This document shows positions 7,681-17,581 of a stretch of DNA of 64,000 nucleotides, piece after piece. This DNA is from an uncultured Dehalococcoidia bacterium (GTDB lineage Bacteria; Chloroflexota; Dehalococcoidia; Lucifugimonadales; G958296245): the NCBI GenBank assembly GCA_958296245.1, contig OY282458.1, positions 926,440 through 990,439 on the forward strand, written 5' to 3'. The notes below the pieces were generated by a model that was given only the letters and a program-made list of their open reading frames with translations, was not told the origin of the DNA and ran no database searches. The position numbers were made by a program, and so were the translations under genes. How positions within the stretch are numbered: position 1 is the stretch's first letter; every line of letters starts with the position of its first letter.

Positions 7681-10188
7681 CTATTGGATGTTCACGCCGA
7701 GCTCGCGCGCCCGGCGGTGGATGGCGTCCTGGGCCTCCAGGAAGGGCCTGTTCAGAAAGCCGACGTGGTCGTCTTCGCCGTGGCGGTGGGTGACTGTGCC
7801 GTGCTTGTGCTGCCCCGACGTGTGCTTTATGTATGCCAGGTCGCCCTCGATGAGCGTCAGCATGTACTGGGCGACGGCCTTGTCGAACATCCACCAGTCG
7901 CCGCCGCAGGCGACGTATACGGGGGAGGTGTGCGCGAACACGCCTCGGTTCCAGCCGTCGTGGTGGGCGATGCCGTAGTACTGCGGTCCGCCGCAGCGAG
8001 CGGCCAGCCACGTGTGGCCATCGATCCGGACGCGCTCCCGTATCTCCAGCCGGCGCGCGCCTCCGCTCGACTGCGCGGACGCCACAACCCTGCCGGCCTG
8101 CACCAGCTCGAGGGTGTGGATGGGGATCGTGCTCTCGGCCGTTGCCTCCACCTCCACCTTGCCGGGGGCCGACATCTCCACGGTGTCGCCGATCTCCTTG
8201 CCGTCCACCCTGAGGCTGATGATCGGGCCGCCGCTCAGGAAGGTTCGCCCATTGGCGACGTTGCGGCACCAGCTCTCGTAGCTGAACTCCTCGTCCGGGA
8301 TGCGGACGTAGGTACGGTACAACCCCACGGGCACGTCGCTGCTCATCTTGTCCGTTCCGCCGACGAGCGGCAGCCTGTAGCCGCAGTTCAGGTACTTGTA
8401 GTATTCACTGTGGTTGAACGGGTTCTGGCGGAGCATCTCAATGGCGTCGAGGCGGCCTGCTGCCACGAGGGCGGCCGGCTCGCCGTTGGGGTTGGGGAAG
8501 TGGGGGCTGACCACCCAGCCGCCCTGCCCGTGGGCTTCGTCTGCCCAGTGGGCGAGCGCGGTCTCCATAGCACCGCCCATCTCCGCTTCCATCAGGCCGT
8601 CCGTACACCACGGCATGATCGGCTTCTTCAGGCCCCACAGGATCATGTGGCCCAGGAAGTGTTGCCGGTTCTCCTGTCCGACGTAGACGATATTGTCGCC
8701 CTCGCGTGAGACGCTGGCAGACCCCGTAAAGTCCTCCGTGTTCGTGAATAGGCTGCCCCATTGCGACTGGAGCAGGTTGACCACGTTCAGGTCTTCGCAC
8801 TGGGACTCGCGGTGCGCCCCCTGGGGTGACAGGAAGTGGACGTGCGAGTCGCCGCTGTACCAGCCCTTGGCGTTCATGTGGGCCCAGCGCTTGATGCGCA
8901 GCGTGAGATCGCGCTGGCCCGGCTCGATGCTTACCGTCTTCCTCAGGGGCTCGTACTCGAAGCCGCGTGCGACGTCGACGATCACCTCCCCGTGCGGCAG
9001 CCAGCCCTCGCAGGTCCCGTCGATGCAGGCGTAGGTGATCTGGCCCAAGCGCACGTCGCCGCCGACGTCGATGTGCCAAGTGTCCAAGTTCGAGTTGACC
9101 TGGTTGTGGAAGCCGTGGGGCTGGTACGGCACTCCGTCCGGCGTGCGGAAGTGGACCCTGCACGGTACGGGCCTGCCGGTGTCGTCGTCCAGGATGGTGA
9201 CGTTGACCCAGTTCTTGCCGGGATCAATGAGCTCGAACCGCACCCCTGGAGCGTCCACGCTACCCGATTCGGCCACGTCGCCCCACCTCGCGCTGCCCAC
9301 CTCCTCGCCGCCCTGCTCTACGGTGACCGTGGCCGACGGCACGGCGGAAACCTCCACGTAGGACGAGCCGGAGCCGGCGTTCTGCTCCTCTCCCCAGCCC
9401 TTGAACGAGTCTGCCACGAAGCCCGCGGCGTCGTTCTCCGGGAGAGGGTGGGCGTACGTGGCTGTGCCGCGGTTCACTTTGACGTTCAGGTCGAACGGCC
9501 TTGCGGCGCGCTCGGGGTCTGTCAGGACGACCTTGACCGGCCGACGCGCCTCCCGTGCGAAGGGGTGCTCGTCGACGTGCCCCAGCGTTACCGCGGCCAC
9601 CAAGAACCGCGGCCCCTTCGATGCCAGACCCATGGACTCGATGATCTTCTCAGGGTGAGGGTTCTCCCACGCCCAGAGGTAGTACGATTTGGCGAAGGGA
9701 CGGGCTGCCTCGGTCTGACGCCGCCCCGTTTCGTCCCATGGGCCTTCGAATCGGGGATAGAGTTCAGCGTCCTGCTCCGGGACCGCGAGGAAGGGCTCGC
9801 CGGGCACGCCCGGTATATCAGATTTCCCCGGGAGGGCCGCGATCTCGAACCTCTCCCGGATAACCGCCCGCTCCTCCGAGCCGTCGGCGTAGCGGAAGAC
9901 GTACTCCGCGACGTCGATGCCTAGAGGGCCTCCCTGTGCGACGTTCGTCTCCAAGAGCCGGTGGACGACCACGACGCGATGCGTGGTCTTGCCGATGGGT
10001 ACGGTTACGCCGTCGTCTGCTCCGCCCAGCACGATGAAGCGGTCCCCCTCGCCGTCGGCGTCGGCTGCACCGATGAGGAAGGGAAGCCCTCGTAAGGTCT
10101 GGCGCCCGACCGCCGCCTCGTCGTCATCCAGCACGGATAGGTCTGCGTTACATAGAGGGCCTATGTCGATGGGCTCGTAGTCCGTCAT
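7681..10188 (-). CDS. large conserved hypothetical protein with metal-dependent (PHP / CehA-McbA-like) hydrolase region
   Basis: 835-aa ORF, ATG 10188 with AGGAGG 9 nt upstream. WYSGDSHVHF... and later HF/HH clusters resemble PHP/CehA-type metallohydrolases. The function call is weak but coding is clear. Confidence 0.5.
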   Translation of the reverse strand: MTDYEPIDIGPLCNADLSVLDDDEAAVGRQTLRGLPFLIGAADADGEGDRFIVLGGADDGVTVPIGKTTHRVVVVHRLLETNVAQGGPLGIDVAEYVFRYADGSEERAVIRERFEIAALPGKSDIPGVPGEPFLAVPEQDAELYPRFEGPWDETGRRQTEAARPFAKSYYLWAWENPHPEKIIESMGLASKGPRFLVAAVTLGHVDEHPFAREARRPVKVVLTDPERAARPFDLNVKVNRGTATYAHPLPENDAAGFVADSFKGWGEEQNAGSGSSYVEVSAVPSATVTVEQGGEEVGSARWGDVAESGSVDAPGVRFELIDPGKNWVNVTILDDDTGRPVPCRVHFRTPDGVPYQPHGFHNQVNSNLDTWHIDVGGDVRLGQITYACIDGTCEGWLPHGEVIVDVARGFEYEPLRKTVSIEPGQRDLTLRIKRWAHMNAKGWYSGDSHVHFLSPQGAHRESQCEDLNVVNLLQSQWGSLFTNTEDFTGSASVSREGDNIVYVGQENRQHFLGHMILWGLKKPIMPWCTDGLMEAEMGGAMETALAHWADEAHGQGGWVVSPHFPNPNGEPAALVAAGRLDAIEMLRQNPFNHSEYYKYLNCGYRLPLVGGTDKMSSDVPVGLYRTYVRIPDEEFSYESWCRNVANGRTFLSGGPIISLRVDGKEIGDTVEMSAPGKVEVEATAESTIPIHTLELVQAGRVVASAQSSGGARRLEIRERVRIDGHTWLAARCGGPQYYGIAHHDGWNRGVFAHTSPVYVACGGDWWMFDKAVAQYMLTLIEGDLAYIKHTSGQHKHGTVTHRHGEDDHVGFLNRPFLEAQDAIHRRARELGVNIQ

Positions 10189-10269
10189 TGGGCGTGGCCT
10201 CCTGTTCGTGCTACATGCTTTGCGGCTCGTAGTCGTTAACCGTACCTACCGCTGCCTGACTGGTAGGCC

Positions 10270-11259
10270 CTATCGGGTCTTGCGGCTGGGCGCGGCGGCC
10301 GTCTGTGCAGCATCCCTGGCGCATCGGAACCCTACGTGGCCCGTGGAGCTGTCAGGCGTAGCCGAGCTCCGAGCCGCCGGTCTGTACCGGTTGCAGTAGG
10401 ATGCGTGGCATAGGTAGGAGCCGCCCTTGATAACGCGATTCGTTCCGCTGGGGGGGCCGGCCGGGTCCTTGCGTCCGCCGCGCGCGTGGTGGTCCGGGTT
10501 AAACCAGTCGGAGCACCACTCCCATACGTTGCCGACGGCATTGTACAGGCCGTAGCCGTTGGGCTCGAAGAAACGCGCGGGGGCGGTCCCCAAATAGCCG
10601 TCGCCGAGGGTGTTGCGCTCGGGGAAGCTGCCCTGCCATACGTTGCACATGTGCTTGCCTTTGGGCGTCAATACGTCGCCCCAAGGGTATCTTCTCTGCT
10701 CAGCTCCGCCGCGCGCCGCGAACTCCCATTCCGCCTCGGTGGGGAGCCGTTTGCCGGCCCATCTCGAATACTCGTCGGCGTCGGCCCACGAGACGTGGAC
10801 GACGGGGTGGCCCATGCGTCCGTCGAGCCCGGAGTCCACGCCCTCGGGGCGCCTCCAGTCGGCGCCGTCCACGCGCCACCACCACGGCGCGGCGGCCACG
10901 CTCTGCCTGACCGTTCTCTTCACGGCATCCGAGACGAGCAGCTTGAAGACGAAGGACCAGCCGTACCGCTCCGCCTCCGTCACGTAGCCCGTATCGTCCA
11001 CGAAGGCGGCGAACATCTCGTTCGTCACCGCCGCCTCGTCGACGTAGAACGGCTTCAACGTCACCTTGCGGACGGGCCCCTCTCCGTCGCCGGGAAACTG
11101 GGAGCTGTCGTTGTTCCCCATGAGAAACGAGCCTCCCAGCAGCACCATTGCCTGGTCTCCGCTGCCTCCGTTCCGCGCGCGGACGGCTGGCCGTTCCAGC
11201 CGGCGCCCCCTCTCGCCGCTCTCCCGGCTGGCGGCGCAGCACGGCTGCCGTGTGTTCAC
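10270..11259 (-). CDS. formylglycine-generating enzyme (SUMF1/FGE family)
   Basis: GGSFLMGN, GEGPVRKVTLKPFYVDEAAVTN, GYVTEAERYGWSFVF, HPVVHVSWADADEYSRWAGKRLPTEAEWEFAARGG, GNVWEWCSDW, RVIKGGSYLCHASYCNRYR. Start proposed at GTG 11259, which overlaps the sulfatase TGA as GTGA; ATG 11150 is an alternative. Confidence 0.9.
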   Translation of the reverse strand: MNTRQPCCAASRESGERGRRLERPAVRARNGGSGDQAMVLLGGSFLMGNNDSSQFPGDGEGPVRKVTLKPFYVDEAAVTNEMFAAFVDDTGYVTEAERYGWSFVFKLLVSDAVKRTVRQSVAAAPWWWRVDGADWRRPEGVDSGLDGRMGHPVVHVSWADADEYSRWAGKRLPTEAEWEFAARGGAEQRRYPWGDVLTPKGKHMCNVWQGSFPERNTLGDGYLGTAPARFFEPNGYGLYNAVGNVWEWCSDWFNPDHHARGGRKDPAGPPSGTNRVIKGGSYLCHASYCNRYRPAARSSATPDSSTGHVGFRCARDAAQTAAAPSRKTR

Positions 11260-12842
11260 GAGCTGCCCATCCTGCGCGGGAGGGGGTAGTCGGTGGACAT
11301 GATCTTGTCCAGCAGCTCCAGCCGCAGATCGTCGCGTATCGACCTGTAGTCGGGATTGTCCCACAGGTTCCACACCTCCTGCGGGTCCTCCTGGAGGTCG
11401 AAGAGCTCGCCGTAGGGCTGGCCGGAGTACGCCGTAAGGCGGTACCGCTGCGTGACCAGCGTCCTGAGGCGGAAGCCGAGACCGTCTTGGTCGTCCTCCA
11501 CAAGCGCCGTGCCGGTCGTGCCCTTCTCGTTCCCGGTGAGGATGGGCACGAGGCTCCGGCCCGGCCAGGGCTCCGGCTCGTGGGCGCTGACGGATATCGG
11601 CGGCTTAGGGCCCTCCGGGATAGGCACGCCCGCGATGTCCAATATCGTCGGCGCGAAGTCGACGAGGCTCACCACGCCCTCGTGGGTCTGGCCCTGCGCG
11701 AAGCGGCCCGGCGACCGTATGATGAACGGCGCCCTGATGACGCTGTCGTAGTGGTAGGGGCCCTTGCCCCACATGCCGTGGTCGCCCAGCGCCTCGCCGT
11801 GGTCGGTGGTGAACAGCACGACGGTGTTCTCCTCGAGGCCGTTGTCGCGCAGCGTCTGCATGATGCGCCCGACGTTGTGGTCGATCATCTCGATCAGGCC
11901 GTAGTAATGGGCCGCGCACTCGGCATGATACGGGTCGATGTCGATGCCCTTCCTGTTGTACAGGTCGAGGATGTGGGGCGGCAGGTCCTCCAACTCGCCC
12001 TCCCGCTTGATCGGCGGGGGCGAGTCCGCCGGATCGTACTTGTAGCACCACGGCGCCGGGGGCGCCAAGGGTACGTGCGGGTCCTGGTAGGACGTCCAGA
12101 GCACGAACGGCTCCCGCGCCTGGTTGCGGTTGTGCCCAGCCTCCCGGTTGTTTCTGCCCACGCCGTTCAGGAAGTCTATCGCGCGGTCCGTTATCCAGCT
12201 TATGGGGTGCAACTCCTGAGGGAGCGCCCACTTGTACGAGGACGAGTAGAAGCTCACGGCGGGGCTGGGCGGCTCCAGTGGAGTCGCGTTGTGGAAAAGG
12301 TCGGCCTCCTTGGGGTGCTCCTCGTTCAGCCAGTTGACGTACTGCCCCCAAGAGCCGTGGCCGTGGCCGTTGACGAAGTCGACGTTCTGGAAGCCGTAGT
12401 AGGGCGTCGGGAGATGCCTGATGCGGCCCGAGTGCCACAGGTCGCGGGCTTCCGAGAACTCATTCGGGTCCACCCGGTCTATGGGTGTGCCGTTCGAGGC
12501 TCTGGAAATGCGCAGGTGGGGCTTCCCCGAGTAGTGCGTGGCGTACCCCGCCTGCCTGAGCGCCTCGGGCCAGGTCGGCACGTCGGGCCGTAGCTGGATG
12601 CCGTTCATCCTCACGCGGTGCCCCCGCGTGGTGAGCCCCGTGAAGAGGCTGGCGCGCGAAGGCGTGCAGAGTGGATGGGCGACGTACGCCCTGGAGAAGT
12701 TGGTGCCGCTGGCGGCCAGCGAGTCTATGTTGGGCGTGCGCACGACGGGATGTCCCGCGTACCCGAAGCAGGTCGGGTTGTGCTGGTCGTCGGTGATCAC
12801 GAGGATATTGGGGCGTCGTCCGTCAGATTGCGTCACGTGCAC
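11256..12842 (-). CDS. arylsulfatase-family sulfatase (Cys-type)
   Basis: NILVITDDQH and the signature PLCTPSRASLFTGL (CxPxR formylglycine site), later TTDHGEALGDHG. The start is GTG 12842 or, with better SD spacing to AAGGAGG, GTG 12836. Confidence 0.9.
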   Translation of the reverse strand: MHVTQSDGRRPNILVITDDQHNPTCFGYAGHPVVRTPNIDSLAASGTNFSRAYVAHPLCTPSRASLFTGLTTRGHRVRMNGIQLRPDVPTWPEALRQAGYATHYSGKPHLRISRASNGTPIDRVDPNEFSEARDLWHSGRIRHLPTPYYGFQNVDFVNGHGHGSWGQYVNWLNEEHPKEADLFHNATPLEPPSPAVSFYSSSYKWALPQELHPISWITDRAIDFLNGVGRNNREAGHNRNQAREPFVLWTSYQDPHVPLAPPAPWCYKYDPADSPPPIKREGELEDLPPHILDLYNRKGIDIDPYHAECAAHYYGLIEMIDHNVGRIMQTLRDNGLEENTVVLFTTDHGEALGDHGMWGKGPYHYDSVIRAPFIIRSPGRFAQGQTHEGVVSLVDFAPTILDIAGVPIPEGPKPPISVSAHEPEPWPGRSLVPILTGNEKGTTGTALVEDDQDGLGFRLRTLVTQRYRLTAYSGQPYGELFDLQEDPQEVWNLWDNPDYRSIRDDLRLELLDKIMSTDYPLPRRMGSS

Positions 12843-12970
12843 ATCCTCCTTTTCCTCTCTTCTCGCTCTGGCTGAGGCCCCTCTCTAGGCCCCGACATGG
12901 AGTGGGAGAGGTCAGTCTATGACCAACATGGTCTTCCTTATGGGTGTATCCCAGTTGAACACCGTCAACC

Positions 12971-14008
12971 TCAATGTGTGTAGATTAGATCTATTTCCCC
13001 AGGCTTCGGCCTATGATCCCCGTACAATGCGGTCTGTGTCTTGCTTCTGTAAGGTGCTTGCTTTTCCTTAAGCCTGTGGTCCGGTAACAGTTCCTTTAGA
13101 ACGCTAGTTATAGCGTCTCTCGTCTTGGCCCTAGCGTCCGAACGAATATACCATGTAGCATCGTCCAGTGCTCGTGCCTTAGTGGCCTCGAAGACCTTCC
13201 TGAGCATGTGGACATATTTGTCGATATCGAGGAATTTCTGCTCTGGACTCCAGTCAGGCTTGCTGGGACCTTCTCCGATTGCCCATAGCCTGAGCCAGTT
13301 GTCGGATCTGTAGTTGGTCACTCCGCTGTAGGGTGGAGATGTCAAAACGAGGTTAGCAGGAAGAGCACTGTCAGGAAGAGATTCGGAGGCGTCGCCGAGC
13401 AATACATCGGGACGTTCAGTCACAGATGGTAATGGTATACCCCTGGCATAGCGCCATTGAGCGCGTTTGGTCAGGAACTCCCTTGGGTCGATTTCAGGAG
13501 CTTTATCATATCCGTTGCGTTTCCACCACTTGACGGAATAATTTGGGGACATGGCGCGGGAGTGTCGCATCTGGTTTGATAAGCCACGTCCTAGTTTGTC
13601 ATGCAGGTGTTGAGTCATCAAGGTGGTTACCGTCCGGTCAAGCCTGCTTTCTCTCCAATCGAGAGTCCTCTTCGCCGCTCGGATGAACGCGAGAACATTT
13701 CCGCAGAATGCCAGCTTCTGAAAATCATGTTCCGGCTTTTCATCCTCACTCTTGACACTTTCCCATACTTCCGTGATTCGACTCGAAACTTCCTTGAGGT
13801 CGGGATGCGGATCGGTTTTTGTACGCGCGTAGAGCCAAGCAACTGGGTTGATATCGCATCCTACGGCTCTTCGTCCGTTTACCATAGCTATAAACGGCGC
13901 TGTTCCGCGTCCGCAGAATGGGTCGATCACGGTCTGGCCCGGTTTTGTTCGTCTATCTATGACCTCCTCTACGAACGGTATGGGGAACATCGCATAGTAA
14001 GGTCCCAT
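12971..14008 (-). CDS. DNA methyltransferase (N4-cytosine or N6-adenine), motif order I then IV
   Basis: Motif X/I region AMFPIPFVEEVI...GQTVIDPFCGRGTAPFIAMVNGRRAVGCDINP at the N-terminus; catalytic motif IV LVLTSPPYSGVTNY about 190 residues later. It is the last gene of the low-GC operon and no adjacent classical restriction endonuclease is seen. Confidence 0.75.
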   Translation of the reverse strand: MGPYYAMFPIPFVEEVIDRRTKPGQTVIDPFCGRGTAPFIAMVNGRRAVGCDINPVAWLYARTKTDPHPDLKEVSSRITEVWESVKSEDEKPEHDFQKLAFCGNVLAFIRAAKRTLDWRESRLDRTVTTLMTQHLHDKLGRGLSNQMRHSRAMSPNYSVKWWKRNGYDKAPEIDPREFLTKRAQWRYARGIPLPSVTERPDVLLGDASESLPDSALPANLVLTSPPYSGVTNYRSDNWLRLWAIGEGPSKPDWSPEQKFLDIDKYVHMLRKVFEATKARALDDATWYIRSDARAKTRDAITSVLKELLPDHRLKEKQAPYRSKTQTALYGDHRPKPGEIDLIYTH

Positions 14009-14056
14009 GCGTGCCCATCTGCCTACGGCTGTCGCAAAGTTCAGGATGTTCTTCCC

Positions 14057-15367
14057 TTAGCCATTGTTGACTTCTCCGGCGCGGTCGAAGATACTGTCTA
14101 ATATCCTCTGCCCGGTTCTGAGCGGTATTGCGGCGTGTGCGTTTGCTCTCACAAGGGGAACGAACCCATCTCGATATAGGTGCGTATAAAGGTCGTCGAC
14201 AATGTCCAAAGCCTCACCTAGCCGCGGAAACGCTTCCGGGCTGACGCTGTTCGGCTCTCGACCTATTGCATTCACGATGGGAGTCATTACTACCGCATGC
14301 TGTCCCGCCTTGTTCTTATAGAGAATTTTCCGGCCATAGTAGACGGCCTCGCCGTAGGCTTTGTCGGTATTGGGATTTGGGTTGACGTAGCGATATATGT
14401 ACTCAGTCGTTGGGACAAGTGCCGTGCCGTTCTCGAGTCTCTGTCGTGGTCCTTCTTCCTCCAACCAGTCTAGTTCTTCTAAATGAGATACGAACTCGCC
14501 AGTTTTCTCGATGCCCATCAAAAAGAGCCCCCGACGTCCTTGTCCTATCAGATCTTGGTGAATCCTGCCGACCTCGTTCTGTATATGTCCCTTAAGCCAG
14601 GCCGGCATTGCGAAGATCGCGAGTGGACCATCCATCACGAATGCTATTTCGTCGAACATAATTGAATCACACTGCTGGTGAAAGTATCTGAGAATGTTGA
14701 TCAGCAGTAAGTGTTCAGTCACTTGGCGGAAAGCGGTGTATGCTTGTTGGCTGCTTCTGTTGTCATAGAATCTCTCATGTGCTCGTAGGCTGTCGGTGGA
14801 GTATATCTGTTCCCGCTTCTCACAGGAACAGACGGTATCGGCGACAGGGCGCGTAAGCAGTTGGGTACAATCTTCTATTGGACACTGGAACTTGGCTGTC
14901 GCCCCCTGTGCAAGGGTTGTAATCGATAGGAATGTCTCCAGCAGTGATTCATGGTCAGGATCCAGCTTGAAATCAAGCTCCCTGCGCAGTGTCCAGCGAA
15001 AGAACTTCTTTGGTGTTTCCTGCCCTGGCGCTACTCCCACTACATTCGGACCGGGCAGGACGGCGCTCATAGTCTTCACCGTTTCGAGTTCGCGCAATCG
15101 GCTGGGACTGGGTATTTCGTCACGTCCAATCTTTCTCAACTCATCAGTCTTAATCACCAGTCCGGCGATGTTCAGCAGCGCTGCTTCAGCTTTCGGAAAC
15201 CCATTTTGTACTTTATATGGAACTTCTGAGCCGTCAATGGCAATGATCCTGTTTACCGGACTGCTCCCCCGTGGGGGGCATATGCCGGGTGGAAACTCGT
15301 GAGGCTCCGGCGCGTTGCGCACCAGAATAGTTCCTTTGAACTGCTTTACACTTTCGTTATCGAGCAA
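14057..15367 (-). CDS. NurA-like nuclease-domain protein
   Basis: IIAIDGSEVPY, FVMDGPLAIF, MGIEKTGEF and C-terminal ANAHAAIP follow the acidic-residue pattern of NurA (RNase-H-fold) nucleases. There is a Cys cluster CPIEDC...CSC. The track start is TTG 15367 with a poor SD; a non-canonical upstream start is possible (see findings). Confidence 0.6.
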   Translation of the reverse strand: MLDNESVKQFKGTILVRNAPEPHEFPPGICPPRGSSPVNRIIAIDGSEVPYKVQNGFPKAEAALLNIAGLVIKTDELRKIGRDEIPSPSRLRELETVKTMSAVLPGPNVVGVAPGQETPKKFFRWTLRRELDFKLDPDHESLLETFLSITTLAQGATAKFQCPIEDCTQLLTRPVADTVCSCEKREQIYSTDSLRAHERFYDNRSSQQAYTAFRQVTEHLLLINILRYFHQQCDSIMFDEIAFVMDGPLAIFAMPAWLKGHIQNEVGRIHQDLIGQGRRGLFLMGIEKTGEFVSHLEELDWLEEEGPRQRLENGTALVPTTEYIYRYVNPNPNTDKAYGEAVYYGRKILYKNKAGQHAVVMTPIVNAIGREPNSVSPEAFPRLGEALDIVDDLYTHLYRDGFVPLVRANAHAAIPLRTGQRILDSIFDRAGEVNNG

Positions 15368-15460
15368 TCTCCAGAGAGATTCACCCGTAGCGTATTCGTT
15401 CTCGTAAGGAATGACAGAACTCCTTGATCCGTCACGTCGAATTAGTTAGCCGCTGATCAA

Positions 15461-17581
15461 TCAGGGCCTTCGGGTAGAGGTAAACATGTCCATCTGGACA
15501 GGTACGGTGTATTGACGGGAGCGAGTTCTGACCCTGAGTAGCCCGGGTTCCGTCACGGTGACGATGCTTTCGGTGAAGTCGCTGAAATCCTTGTATTTCT
15601 TAATCTGGTTGGTTTCGTCAGTGCTACTGAGGTGTGCAATAAACCAGTTCTCGGTGTTGGTCAGAATATTTCGCTGGAGTGATGAGGGCTCTTGGGTTGA
15701 GTAAACCATGCCGATATTGAACTTGGCCCCTTCCTTTGCTAGTCGAGCCCAGATGTTGCTGTTGTCGTCCTCTTTAGCGGCTGGCAAAAGTGTATGGGCC
15801 TCCTCCGCATAGATTATTACCGGCGGAGGCTTACGAACCTCTCCTGTATCCAGATCAATCTTTGGTTCGATGAATGAACGTTGTTGTGCTTCAAAGATTC
15901 TGCGAGCGATTCTCTCGGCGGCCTGACGATTCATGTCCGGGTCTCCCAGTAGCTGGTCTACTATTACCAAATTGCCATCTCGAACCTGGTTAACGATCTT
16001 CTCTGCGTAATCGGCACTTGATCCCAGGTCGTGCCAGTCGCGAGTCTTCTTTATTACGCTGATGCCCCGGGTGTTGTCATAGATTTGAAGCAAGCCGATC
16101 AGGTGACTATCACTCCAGTTGCGGCCATCAGGCTTACTCTGCGCATACTCTCTGTCAAAGTCCTTGAACTCTGTACCCTTCACCCACTTAGCAAACGCCT
16201 TGCTGAAATCCGCCGCGATGTCCCAAGACATTGAATTCGATTCGAGGAGTGGAACGAATTGCAAGAGCTCCGGATCAGATGACATTGCTTTGCGTATTTT
16301 TTTGCCGAACAGGTCTTTTGTGTTGGTGGGCCATTCCGGAGATGGGAACCCTGCTTCCGCCAGAATTGCCCTATACAAGAATGTCCGTCGCCTGAGTCTT
16401 GTGTAATCACCACGTGTAGGAGCGGAGCTACCACCTGATATGTCAGCCGTTCTAAATGCGGATACGTAGCCACCTGATTCTTCCGCTAATGCGTCATCTA
16501 TTATCTGCTTACCTTGGTAGAGGGTTTGCAAGCTGACCCGCACCAATTGTTGGTCAGGATTAGAGGTTATTGGCTCCTGGTCTCCATAAAAGTTGAACTT
16601 GGTGATGTTGCGATCCGGATCATGAGGATGGCGATATGATCCATACGTTTGTACATCCCCCACCGTGTTTGGAACCTCGTGCTGGATGTTCCGAAGGCAG
16701 CCTTGGTCCTGTGGGTTATCGTTGGCATACTCTCCATTAGGGTCGAATATCAACTGGCCCACACACTGGCCGCCTGCTTCAGTGCGCAATTTGAATATGG
16801 CTGCTGCTATTATCTTGGTCGTGTTGGACTTGCCGGAGCGGGTCATGCCGAAGAGGGCCGTGCGTTGCGCTATCATGTCGTCTGCCGTGATTTCCACAGG
16901 TACCGACTCAGGCGTATTGTCGTCCTTGACGGCGGCGGCGTACCGAAGACGGCCGATTCGAGTAGGCTTAGCCTCGCCTTCACTCGAACTCCGGAAGTTT
17001 ACGATCCTCTCCAACGCATTGTCACGCGGCTTATATATCTTCATACCTTGACCAGCGTAGAAGTTGTCGATGTCTCCCCCGAAGTGCATCCGCCATTTGC
17101 CGTCCGATGCCTCATGATACATGCGGAACGTACCTAGTATGCGACATTTCGCCCCGGCGTATCGCAACATGTTCAGGGTGAACTGATCCGTCTTACCGGA
17201 TTCGTCATAATTCTGCGCCGTATCATTGGCACGCTTCACGGCTTCGAGACGTGCCCTTGCAACATCAATATCAGAACTGAGCGGACTGCTCCCCGTTACT
17301 CTCAGCAAGAGTAACGACATTCGCTGGTGAGTAGGGTCTTCGATATCGGGTTCTTCTTGAGTAATACGAGTAGCAATAAGCAGGCAACCGTGGGGTATTC
17401 CGCCCACTGAGAACTTTTGAGAATCGTGTACTAGAATGTTGGCGAAGCCATACTCCAAACTTATCAAGTCACCAACATATCTCTGAGAGTCTACAAGGCT
17501 GATCAGTTCCTTTACTGCGACTCTGCGTCTGTCGGATTGCCAATCATCGCGTATGCCAGTTAGGAATCCATCATCAGTCAT
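15461..17581 (-). CDS. HerA-like (DUF87-type, HerA/FtsK clade) ATPase
   Basis: Walker A ALFGMTRSGKSNTTK, HerA-type LIFDPNGEY, Walker B PPVIIYAEEAH, YSTQEPS; N-terminal barrel-like region (VGDLISLEYGFANILVHD...GCLLIA). 706 aa, ATG 17581. Confidence 0.8.
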   Translation of the reverse strand: MTDDGFLTGIRDDWQSDRRRVAVKELISLVDSQRYVGDLISLEYGFANILVHDSQKFSVGGIPHGCLLIATRITQEEPDIEDPTHQRMSLLLLRVTGSSPLSSDIDVARARLEAVKRANDTAQNYDESGKTDQFTLNMLRYAGAKCRILGTFRMYHEASDGKWRMHFGGDIDNFYAGQGMKIYKPRDNALERIVNFRSSSEGEAKPTRIGRLRYAAAVKDDNTPESVPVEITADDMIAQRTALFGMTRSGKSNTTKIIAAAIFKLRTEAGGQCVGQLIFDPNGEYANDNPQDQGCLRNIQHEVPNTVGDVQTYGSYRHPHDPDRNITKFNFYGDQEPITSNPDQQLVRVSLQTLYQGKQIIDDALAEESGGYVSAFRTADISGGSSAPTRGDYTRLRRRTFLYRAILAEAGFPSPEWPTNTKDLFGKKIRKAMSSDPELLQFVPLLESNSMSWDIAADFSKAFAKWVKGTEFKDFDREYAQSKPDGRNWSDSHLIGLLQIYDNTRGISVIKKTRDWHDLGSSADYAEKIVNQVRDGNLVIVDQLLGDPDMNRQAAERIARRIFEAQQRSFIEPKIDLDTGEVRKPPPVIIYAEEAHTLLPAAKEDDNSNIWARLAKEGAKFNIGMVYSTQEPSSLQRNILTNTENWFIAHLSSTDETNQIKKYKDFSDFTESIVTVTEPGLLRVRTRSRQYTVPVQMDMFTSTRRP

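Noticed and set aside
7684-12593. Long plus-strand ORFs 7684-8709, 8836-9924, 10486-11289 and 11148-12593
   Set aside because: They are antisense shadows of the metallohydrolase-like, FGE and sulfatase genes, with low-complexity R/A/G/V/P-rich products and no motifs.
14057-17581. Considered whether the HerA-like/NurA-like pair is a CRISPR-associated accessory module of the large array
   Set aside because: It is about 39 kb from the array, separated from it by many housekeeping genes, lies in its own low-GC island and is operonic with a methyltransferase. An independent system is more parsimonious.
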